From contig OZ037772.1 in NCBI GenBank assembly GCA_964035545.1, positions 3,873,538-3,937,537 on the forward strand: DNA of 64,000 nt, given 5' to 3'. A model generated the notes under the pieces. The model saw only the letters and a list, made by a program, of their open reading frames with translations, ran no database searches and was not told the origin of the DNA. This document shows positions 1-8,957 of this stretch, piece after piece. The DNA comes from Bugula neritina. Its lineage: Eukaryota > Animalia > Bryozoa. Made by a program: the position numbers and the translations under genes. Numbering within the stretch: the first letter of the stretch is position 1; each line of letters begins with the position of its first letter.

Positions 1-493
1 ACTCGGTTAGGTATGTTGGCAGCCAAGATAGGGATTGACGTAAAAAGGATCTGTTGTTATTGGCTCATCTTTGTATATTGTGGGCTATATAATCAATAAT
101 TGTACAGCAATTCTTAATCTAAAAAATAACTTTAAAACTATAATATGATAAAATGTATCAGTCGATGCTCACGTGTTGACCTTTGTAACAGGCTGATCAA
201 TGTCAAAAAATGTATATTAGGCGTTTGAAACATTATATCATCTACATGTTGGTGTAAACAAATATTTACACATATGTGTATCTCTATTTATGAACAGCAT
301 CTGCTATATGTTTCAGCTTTTTTATTCATTCCCATTTGTTCATCAATTAGTGTTTTATTTCAAAAGTCAATATTACAAATTTCAACACGTGATCATGGCA
401 TGTGGTACTATCCTAACACACAATTACTTATCTAAAAGCCACACTACTAAATAATACTATTTGCATTATCTAAAGAAGCTATAAAACCATGTG

Positions 494-495
<2 letters not shown>

Positions 496-537
<42 letters not shown>

Positions 538-641
538 ATATATATATATATATAGTTTCTACTATCGCCAAGGTGTGGGCCATGGTACTCTGTGCTGATG
601 AGGGGACAAACCCCGAAACAGCTGCTGTCCACAGATTGAGG

Positions 642-680
<39 letters not shown>

Positions 681-708
681 TAAATATAATATATATATAT
701 ATATATAT
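496..708. repeat. (TA)n microsatellite tracts flanking a ~95 bp insert
   Basis: Direct reading; source of the spurious YIYI ORFs. Confidence 0.95.
589..635 (+). ncRNA. Type I hammerhead ribozyme (minimal, Penelope/retrozyme-type)
   Basis: Stem I TCTGTG (589-594)/CACAGA (630-635); core CTGATGA (595-601); stem II GGGG-acaaa-CCCC; GAAA (615-618); short stem III CAG/CTG; cleavage triplet GTC (627-629). Confidence 0.9.
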
Positions 709-2514
709 TTAATAATGCATTAAGCAATTTCTATGCAAGACCGAAATATTTAACTTACTCAAAACTTGTACATTTGAACTTTTAATTTCACTCAATTATT
801 GGGCCTCATGCATCATAAAACTTTTGAATGTGTTTTATATTCTTTCTTGAATGTTGTAGATAAACTGTAGTCTACATACCGTGGTGGAGCAGATATAAGA
901 ATTTATAATTGCATCAACCCGTTGCAGCAGCCATCTTACTGGAAATCTCAAACAAATCTCAGCATCGCCAAAGCCATATTTTAGCGAGCTGATAGAATAT
1001 CTCAGAGACATAACTTGTAAAGTACAGAAGTAAGAATTAAACACATAGGACAGTATATGTATAATCATGCCTTCCATCAAGGATATAGCTTTTTTAAAGA
1101 ATTTTTTGAGAATAATGATACAAATATTACCACTTCAGCTTAACAACTTATGACATAACGGTTACATTGAATATTATTTTCTAGATATCATATTCGTCTG
1201 TGTTTTAGTACTGCCAAGGATATCACTCAGCACTAAATGGACAAAATTGCTTCTTTTAATTAAGACACTATGCTGGAGAAAGGCCAATATATATGAATTG
1301 GATAAAGAAACTAGTAAATTATTCAGTGTTATAACTTATAATTAAACTTTGAACGAGCTTTGCTCTGATTGGTTTTTTCTGACTTATCGTAATATATATC
1401 TATATCTAGCCAGGGTTTTGTGCCTACATAGTAATGTACACTTCCTATGATAAGAGTAATTGAATGCAAATATAAATGAACATAATTTTTCTGATTTTAG
1501 TCTAGTTATGTTATAAGCATTAGATAACTTGTTTTTGAGACAGCGGGGTGAGAGCTTTGTAAAAAATTTAGCCTAATTAGAATTTCTGTAATAGATAAAC
1601 GTTACTAGCTCCTTAACAATTCAATTGAAGTTGAGTAAAAATATACATCAGATTACCAGTTCAAAGTAAAAGACTCTGAAGGCTAATAACTTACTACGAG
1701 CATTTTAAACAAATAACAAGAGACTAAATTCAAAACCAATTTATAATTATTCTTAGCATATGACAAGTATGAATGTTACAGCTGCTCTTATACAATGTAC
1801 TTGTACAGCTCTTACTCATTCTAGTATGTTTAACTGACATAGAATCCTTGTCTTTCTAGGGACTCCGCACATCGTTGGAGTGCAGAGGTCATCTCCAACA
1901 AAAGACTTTGAATTAAAGTGGATAAATAAAAGTAAGCGCTTGTAATGTTTTTCAGCTCTAATTAAAGTTCCCAAAATGTTATTGTTGGTAAGTTTCAGGC
2001 TCAAGAATAATCTTGTATTTTCTTATTAAAAAACAAAAAGAGAAAAAAAAAGAAAATAAAGCTACATGTACACAGGCCGATTTTTCATGAAAATCGGCCG
2101 ATAAACTGTTAGCGATTTTTTAGGATTTTTCAAAAATCCGCGATTTTTGCTTTTGGCCGATTTTTGAAGCGATTTTCAAAATTGAACATGTTCAATTTTT
2201 CGACAATTTTCTGTTGAACCAGCCAATCAAAAGGTGGCAGAAAATTATGACAGCAAGCAAAGTTAACACCATTGTTGAAATACAACCAGGAAGTAATTAA
2301 TACGTTGCTATCACTACGATACATCATATATAAAATACAAATAACTAAAATAACTATCAATAGCAGTAGTAGCAATAATAACAACGCATTGGTTGTTGTG
2401 TAACTTTGAGAAAGTTAGTTTCACTTTCGTGGAAATTCATTAAATTTTGCTTGCTTTTTTTTTAAAAAGACAAATATCATTACGGTATTCTTAACTTTTA
2501 CTCATGTAAAATAT

Positions 2515-3231
2515 TGTGGTAAAATTGTGTATAGTAACTAATACTTGTATCCCCCTTACTATTATTATCTTCATTCCCATGGAATGCGTGTTTTCTTAGA
2601 TATACATCATTACATAGCCATAGTATTGTAACAGCTAAGTGTTATGTTGGCAATGATAGGATTAGCTATTATTCCCAGCTACTTATTACTACCGACGTGA
2701 CTGGATTAGCTATTGTTTCTGACGGCTCACAGGAACACTTATATAATCAAGATAACCGGGATTTCCCTGCGAAGTTCGCTCGATTCGAGCGATTCTTTCA
2801 TTCTAGCCCTGCGAATCCCCTGCGATTCGAGCGAATTCCCTCGAATTCGCTCGGAACATTCTGGTGGGAATGTTTCCCAATGTATAAAAGGGAGCCCTCA
2901 ACACAGTAGAGTCAGTCTTCAGCCAGCAGCACAACAGGACACATCTCGGAGCTACCAAGCCAGGACAATAACACACTTAGTTAATTATCTTATACTTTGT
3001 TTACCAGTTTACTAGTAAGTTTTCCATACATGTAAGGAGTTGTCCTCCCTAACTGCTATTTTTGGATTTATATATATTATGGAGTAAATAAAGGGGATTG
3101 TGAGTATTACATTTCTTATTTATTGTGCATAAATACCCTCTTACAAAGAGTCACTGTGTTCCATCAGCTAACAACCCACACCAATAATTGCATGCAGCGA
3201 ATCATAACATTCTACGCATAAAATTATTACA
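2515..3231 (+). repeat. 5' LTR of element 1
   Basis: TGTGGTAAAA...TTATTACA; repeated at offset 7924 with only one substitution noticed. Confidence 0.97.
2883..2917 (+). promoter_or_regulatory. LTR core promoter: TATA box plus initiator
   Basis: TATAAAAG at 2883-2890 and TCAGTC initiator at 2912-2917; the initiator A (2914) is 31 nt after the TATA T, which is canonical spacing. Confidence 0.7.
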
Positions 3232-3232
3232 C

Positions 3233-3250
3233 TGGTGGCAGCGGTGGGAT
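3233..3250 (+). promoter_or_regulatory. Primer-binding site complementary to the tRNA-Leu 3' end
   Basis: TGGTGGCAGCGGTGGGAT is the reverse complement of ATCCCACCGCTGCCACCA, the 3' end of metazoan tRNA-Leu(AAG/TAG) plus CCA; 1 nt after the LTR. Confidence 0.92.
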
Positions 3251-3300
3251 AATCGTCTGGTACAGACTAAGCTGATGCTCCCCCACGGGGAGAGACAACA

Positions 3301-4401
3301 ATGGATCCATTGAGGCCAGCGCCAGAGCTCAGGCTTGATGATGAAGCAGCAGGAGGACGCTTCACCCTAGAGGCATTGATTCGGACTCTCTAGGAAGACA
3401 GGGCAGCTGCACAGGCTCCACCTGGTGACAGGTTCCGCCTTAAAGCGCCAGTCTTCGACGGTGAAGGAAATGTAGAACAATTTCTACAAGAATTCCGCGA
3501 GGTGGCCGTGGCCTCCCAGTGGCCGGCCCAGGTGGAATTACTGCAACTACGGTCCTGCCTGACAGGTCGAGCCAAACCCTATGCGGTAGGCCCGAATAGG
3601 GACCACATCATTGAGGCTCTGCGCGGCCGCTTCGGACTTACCGTCCGGGACGCGAGAGCCCGCCTACAAGGACTCCGACGAGACCCTAAGGTCTCACTAC
3701 AGGATCACGCCAACAAAGTGGAGCAGCTAGTCCAGGTAGCCTACGGTAACGTAGACCTGGAGTCACGCCAGGCCACCACCTTTGATATCTTCCTGCAATC
3801 GCTCAATAACCTGAGCCTGCAACGGTATCTCTTGGCAGCTGGGGTCGACACCATTGAGGCTGCTCTGGCCAGAGGAAAGGCGTACTACCAGATCGGCGGG
3901 AGTCAGGACTGTGACAGCAGTGCCCGACGAGTCGAGTCAGACTGGGGAGAGGCTGCCGAAGACACTCGGCCGAGGCCTCAAGTAGCGGCCGCCGCCACTA
4001 CACCCCCAACCCCACCCGAACTCTCCATGGTATTGGAGGTGGTGGACAAACTGCAAGGAGAGATCGCAACATTGCGACGGGACCAAACTACTAACAGACC
4101 GGATCGGTCATACGGTAGTCAGCCCAACAAGGACGCTCAGTTAGAGCCTAGGGTAGCAGCTACTGCACCTACCCCATCGACCTCAGCCGAAGTCTCCATG
4201 GTACTGGAGGTGGTGCGAGATCTACAGGCCGAAGTTAAGGCCCTGAGACGGGCCCAAACTACTAACCGGCCGAATCAGCCACGTAGTAGTCGCCCCGAAG
4301 GGTCTTCTCTCACGTGTTGGAAGTGTGGGACAACAGGTCATGTGCAACGAGACTGTCCCCGAGGACGCAGCGGTCCTTTAAACACCCAAGGCCTGCGGTA
4401 A
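3301..4401 (+). CDS. gag: Gag of element 1 (capsid-like region plus CCHC knuckle), with an in-frame TAG at 3391-3393
   Basis: ATG 3301 is in frame with ORF 3502-4401; FRLKAPVFDGEGNVEQFLQEF upstream of 3502 aligns with element 2 Gag YRLKAPTFTGEEEVEQFIQEF; zinc knuckle CWKCGTTGHVQRDC. Confidence 0.9.
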
Positions 4402-7400
4402 TCTCCGCCACCCGCAGGCCGAGTCTCCAGACTCACCCAAGGAGGGTTTACTCTGCACCCAGGGAGGCGCAGACGGAGCCCCCCTCATCTGAATGGCAAG
4501 CTCCCCGGAGAACTTGGAGGCCGAAAGGCCTGCCCGAACCTCCAGCTTGGCCACTCAACAACCGGTTCGCGGGGTTACCCGAGGAGGTTGTGGAGGAGGA
4601 TACTGATTCCGACCGGGATTTCCCCCGACTGCCCTCCAAACCTCAGAAAACCCCCGTGGTCCCTAGGACGTGTAAGAGGCCTACCGTCCAGACCCAAGAA
4701 GTGTCTCCCCCAGAGACAGACTACTCGAAGCACACCCAACCATACGGAAGCAGCTATTTCCTGCCCGGCAAGATTGCGGGCAAAGCTGCCACCTTCCTGT
4801 TGGACACCGGGTGCACCACAAACCTTCTGAGTAGGCGTCTCTTCGACACTCTTGGCGCTCGGGAGCGGGAAAGCCTCAAGCCGTATAATGGTGAGCACGG
4901 TACGTTGGCGGACGGATCGAGCATACCGTTTTACGGCCTCATCTCACTACCCAGAAGAGTTCGGGATCTCGTAATCCACGAGACCTTCATAGTGAGTCAC
5001 CTGAAGGAAGATGCTATCCTTGGCATGCCCTTCCTTGAGGAGCACCAATGCCACATGGACTTCAACAAGTCAGCAATAGTGGTGGATGGCAAGGAACTTA
5101 CCTGCGTGGATAAGTTCGGCAGGCCTCTGGTAGGAGGCGTACAGGTGGTCCGGGACAGCCTGATTCCCGGGCGCTCCCAGGCTACACTCCGGTGCAGGGT
5201 CAACTGCAAGGAGATCTCTGAGCTAGGGGTTGTGGAGGGCATGCACGGAAAGGTACAGTTGGCAAACAGCCTGAATTGGCTAGACTGCCGTGGAGAGTTC
5301 CTGGTGCAGTGCATCAACCCCTACGCGGAGCCGGTGAAGTTATCGGCTGGTTCACTGGTGGGCAGGTATCACTCGGTTCAGGAGACTGATGTTGGGCCCA
5401 CACTCGATGCGACGTCGGAGACACCGAGTCGCCCCCTGGAGTCTGGCATGGGACCAGTCCCAGAGCATGTGGCGGAGCTATACAAGGGAGCCTGTGGTGG
5501 TTGTGGAAGTAACGTGGAGCGCCAACGGATGGCCCAGTTACTTCGAGAGTACCACGATGTATTCAGCCAAGGAGACGAGGACATGGGGTTGACTAACGTA
5601 GTGCGGCACGAGATACCCCTAGTAACAGGGACTGCCCCCATACGACAACCCACTCGACGGCTGGGCCCGGAAAAGGAGAGGGAGGTTAGCCGGCAAGTCC
5701 AGGACTTGCTTGATCGGGACCTGATTGAGCCAGCCCACGGTGCGTGGAGCTCACCAGTCGTTCTGGTCAAAAAGAAGGATGGGAGCTGGAGATTCTGCGT
5801 TGATTACCGCAAGTTGAACAGCGTCACCATCCAGGATGCCTACCCTCTCCCCCGGATAGACGAGTCGCTAGATGCCCTCGCGGGAAGTAGATACTTCAGC
5901 ACGCTGGACCTACTGAGTGGATACTGGCAAGTACCCCTCAGTCCTGATGCACAGGACAAGGCCGCGTTCATCACCCGCGATGGCCTCTGGAAATGGAAGG
6001 TGTTGCCATTCGGGCTGACATCCGCCCCGGCCACCTTTCAGCGGCTCATGGAGCAGGTCCTCAGTGGGTTACACTGGAAGACGCTGCTAGTCTATCTGGA
6101 CGACGTCATTGTTATCTCGCCAGACTTTTCGACTCATGTCAGTCGTCTGCGCGAGGTCTTTGACCGTCTCCGGGCCGCCGGGCTAAAGCTTAAACCCTCG
6201 AAATGTGCCCTCCTGCAGCAGGAAGTCAAATATCTCGGACATGTGGTCAGCCGGGACGGCGTTGCCACCGACCCCGAGAAAGTACGGGCCGTACAAGACT
6301 GGACTGTTCCCCAAGATATCCATGAACTGAGAGCGTTCCTAGGACTGGTGGGATATTATCGGCAATATATCCCCGAATTCGCAGGTGTGGCACAGCCATT
6401 GAATCGGCTAACCGCCAAAGGAGTCCGGTGGCGTTGGACTCAGGAAGAGCAGCAGGCTTTTGATCATCTCAAGGCCCGGCTAGTGGAGGCACCCATCCTG
6501 GCCTACCCCGACCCGACCAAACAGTATATCTTGGATACAGATGCCAGCGACCACAGCATGGGGGCTGTGTTGTTCCAGGTACAAGGAGGTACCGAGGTAG
6601 TGGTGGCGTATTACAGCAAGGCCCTCTCCACCGCCGAAAGAAACTACTGCACGACCAGGAAGGAACTCCTAGCAGTAGTTAAGGCGGTGAAGCATTTCCG
6701 GCCATATCTGTATGGTAGAACGTTCAGATTACGAACCGACCATGCATCGTTGATATGGCTGTGCAAACGGGCCGAACCCTCCAGCCAGGTTGCCAGGTGG
6801 CTCGAAATACTTGCAGAATTCTCATATCGGATTGAACATCGCGCCGGCCGGAAGCATGGAAATGCTGATGGTCTGAGCCGTCGTCCAGAGAGAGACTGCA
6901 AGCAATGCCTCCATATAGAGAAGCGGGACGGGGGACCCGCCCGCTCGGAAGTGGAGACACAACTGAAGAAAACAGAAGCCTACAGGTGGGAACAAGGCCG
7001 ACTGCAACCCGATGTCCATTCAGATGCTGTCCAGGCCCTTCGGGTCAACCCCACCTTAGCCAGAAATGTCCAGGACTTGTGCCGATTACAGGAAACCCTG
7101 CCAGGGGTAGTGGGAGAGATATTCAGGGTCAAGAAGGAGGGGCGCCGGCCAGGTGAAGAGGAGCAGCGGCAGAAGGGCGTTGAATTCCAACAGTTCTGCC
7201 ACCGCTGGGACTCCCTCAAATTCAACTCGGACGGATTGCTAACCATCTCCTTGGCAGCAGACAGGCAACACCAGGAACGGGAGCGGGTTGTGTGCCCACA
7301 CCCCCTCCGGAGAGAGCTCATCTGGGAGACTCACAAGCAAGCCCATGCGGGGACCAGTAGAGTGATTCGGTGCCTACAGATGCGGTGGTACTGGCCTGGG

Positions 7401-8669
7401 ATGACAAGGGATGTGAGGCTACAGATCCGGCAATGTGAAATCTGCCAGGCGAGTAAGCATGGCCGTTCTACCGAGACCACGGGACGGCGCAGGCTGTACG
7501 CCGGTCGCCCGTGGCAGACAGTGGCAGTCGACTTGGTGGGTCCCATGCCGACGTCCGCTCGTGGAAACAACTGGATTCTGGTACTAACGGATCATTTTAC
7601 TAGGTGGGCAGATGCCTTGGCAATCCCGGACGCCTCCGCCCCGACGGTAGCCCGAGCTTTAGATCAGCACGTTTTCTGCTATTTCGGGCTACCGGAGCAG
7701 ATCCACACAGATCAAGGGGCACAGTTCCAATCACAGCTGATGAGGGACCTCTGTCGGGTATGGGGGGTCAACCAAAGTAGGACCACCCCCTACCACCCCC
7801 AAGGAAATGGCGTAGTGGAACGCAACAACAGGATGTTGGGGGACGCCCTGAGGAGTCTACTACTAGGGAAAAGCCAAGAAGAATGGGACGCCGTGCTACC
7901 CCAGATCATGCGTGCATATCGCAGTACTCCCCACTCTAGCACCCAGGAGACACCCAACTTCCTAATGCTAGGCCGGGAAACGCGGGTCCCGGATCATCTC
8001 ACGTACCACGTCCCCCTCCCAGAGGGACCTGTCCACGAATACGTGAGAGAGCTGGTTGATAGGATGAGGACGGCCCATGAGGTCCTAAGGGAAAAACAAT
8101 GGCAAGTGCGAGGGGAAGACTCGGACGAGCCCCCACTCTACCAGGCTGGCGATTGGGTATGGATGATTAGTTACAGGAGGAAGCGCGGACAGTCGGCTAA
8201 ATTACAGCCCAAGTTCGTGGGACCATACTGCATCATCGAAGTGCTACCCAATCACACGTACCGCGTAGAACGCTCCGGACAGATTTCCGTCCAAAGCGAG
8301 AAACGCTTAAAACCGTACTGGGCCAGCCCTGGGGCAGTAGGACAAGCACCACCGCTCCTGGAGCCAGCACGACGACCCACCGGGGGAGGAAGGGCGCCCC
8401 CCACCCGAGAGTGGGAACTTCCCTATAACATACCGGAGGGAAACCCCGAAGCACAAGAACCCCCCCCCACTGTGCAAGAGCCCCCCGAGCAACCAGCACC
8501 TCAGGCGCCCCCACCAGTAAGACCACCCCCCGCCATACCAGAGAGGTTAGACCCACCTACCCTGGAAGTAGGAGAGAGTAGAGCCACCAACCCTGGGGGA
8601 CAGGCCACTTTGCCAGACACAGAAGGCCTAAGGCGTAGCCAGAGGACTCGAAGACCTCCTGGGTACTGA
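4314..8669 (+). CDS. pol: Pol polyprotein of element 1 (protease, RT, RNase H, integrase)
   Basis: LLDTG protease; YLDD RT; DTDAS RNase H; HKQAH...CEIC zinc domain, VDLVGP/TDQG/VERNN DDE core and KFVGPY module of integrase. Probably entered by frameshift near 4383. Confidence 0.97.
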   Translation: MLEVWDNRSCATRLSPRTQRSFKHPRPAVISATRRPSLQTHPRRVYSAPREAQTEPPSSEWQAPRRTWRPKGLPEPPAWPLNNRFAGLPEEVVEEDTDSDRDFPRLPSKPQKTPVVPRTCKRPTVQTQEVSPPETDYSKHTQPYGSSYFLPGKIAGKAATFLLDTGCTTNLLSRRLFDTLGARERESLKPYNGEHGTLADGSSIPFYGLISLPRRVRDLVIHETFIVSHLKEDAILGMPFLEEHQCHMDFNKSAIVVDGKELTCVDKFGRPLVGGVQVVRDSLIPGRSQATLRCRVNCKEISELGVVEGMHGKVQLANSLNWLDCRGEFLVQCINPYAEPVKLSAGSLVGRYHSVQETDVGPTLDATSETPSRPLESGMGPVPEHVAELYKGACGGCGSNVERQRMAQLLREYHDVFSQGDEDMGLTNVVRHEIPLVTGTAPIRQPTRRLGPEKEREVSRQVQDLLDRDLIEPAHGAWSSPVVLVKKKDGSWRFCVDYRKLNSVTIQDAYPLPRIDESLDALAGSRYFSTLDLLSGYWQVPLSPDAQDKAAFITRDGLWKWKVLPFGLTSAPATFQRLMEQVLSGLHWKTLLVYLDDVIVISPDFSTHVSRLREVFDRLRAAGLKLKPSKCALLQQEVKYLGHVVSRDGVATDPEKVRAVQDWTVPQDIHELRAFLGLVGYYRQYIPEFAGVAQPLNRLTAKGVRWRWTQEEQQAFDHLKARLVEAPILAYPDPTKQYILDTDASDHSMGAVLFQVQGGTEVVVAYYSKALSTAERNYCTTRKELLAVVKAVKHFRPYLYGRTFRLRTDHASLIWLCKRAEPSSQVARWLEILAEFSYRIEHRAGRKHGNADGLSRRPERDCKQCLHIEKRDGGPARSEVETQLKKTEAYRWEQGRLQPDVHSDAVQALRVNPTLARNVQDLCRLQETLPGVVGEIFRVKKEGRRPGEEEQRQKGVEFQQFCHRWDSLKFNSDGLLTISLAADRQHQERERVVCPHPLRRELIWETHKQAHAGTSRVIRCLQMRWYWPGMTRDVRLQIRQCEICQASKHGRSTETTGRRRLYAGRPWQTVAVDLVGPMPTSARGNNWILVLTDHFTRWADALAIPDASAPTVARALDQHVFCYFGLPEQIHTDQGAQFQSQLMRDLCRVWGVNQSRTTPYHPQGNGVVERNNRMLGDALRSLLLGKSQEEWDAVLPQIMRAYRSTPHSSTQETPNFLMLGRETRVPDHLTYHVPLPEGPVHEYVRELVDRMRTAHEVLREKQWQVRGEDSDEPPLYQAGDWVWMISYRRKRGQSAKLQPKFVGPYCIIEVLPNHTYRVERSGQISVQSEKRLKPYWASPGAVGQAPPLLEPARRPTGGGRAPPTREWELPYNIPEGNPEAQEPPPTVQEPPEQPAPQAPPPVRPPPAIPERLDPPTLEVGESRATNPGGQATLPDTEGLRRSQRTRRPPGY
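4377..4420 (+). promoter_or_regulatory. -1 programmed ribosomal frameshift signal (gag to pol)
   Basis: T TTA AAC heptamer in gag phase, 6-nt spacer, 9-bp stem GGCCTGCGG (4390-4398)/CCGCAGGCC (4412-4420); pol is in the -1 frame. Confidence 0.85.
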
Positions 8670-8957
8670 GAGGAATATTACTGTGGCCAGATAGGGAAAG
8701 GATACCCTAGCTCGGAGGACGAAGGGCCCCCCTTGTATTACAACTATTCACCACCTAACCACACCACCAGGGAGGCTCGATATCGGCAGGAGATCACTTC
8801 GATGTTCCTCACCCAGGTCGGACAAAAACCCGATCCCGAAATTGGAAAAACCCAGGCGAGGGACTCTCGCGATAAACCACGAACGCATACTTTGTTCATT
8901 CCAATCGCAGCAAGCACACACGCCACACGGAATTTAATCTCTCGCCACCTAACAAAT

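Noticed and set aside
447-727. YIYI-rich ORFs here and at 22356, 51579-52059 and 52539-52796
   Set aside because: Translations of (TA)n microsatellites.
835-2004. Minus-strand exon-like ORFs (81 and 62 aa)
   Set aside because: No recognisable domain or consistent splice model.
2755-2875. Heat-shock elements in LTR 1
   Set aside because: Only isolated GAAnnTTC units; no run of three correctly spaced nGAAn repeats.
2697-3015. 70 and 100 aa ORFs repeated at 10621-10939
   Set aside because: They lie in the LTRs, have non-ATG starts, and are duplicated only because the LTR is.
4448-8556. Many short antisense or alternate-frame ORFs inside both pol genes
   Set aside because: Expected shadow ORFs of GC-rich coding sequence; similarity between the elements simply mirrors pol conservation.
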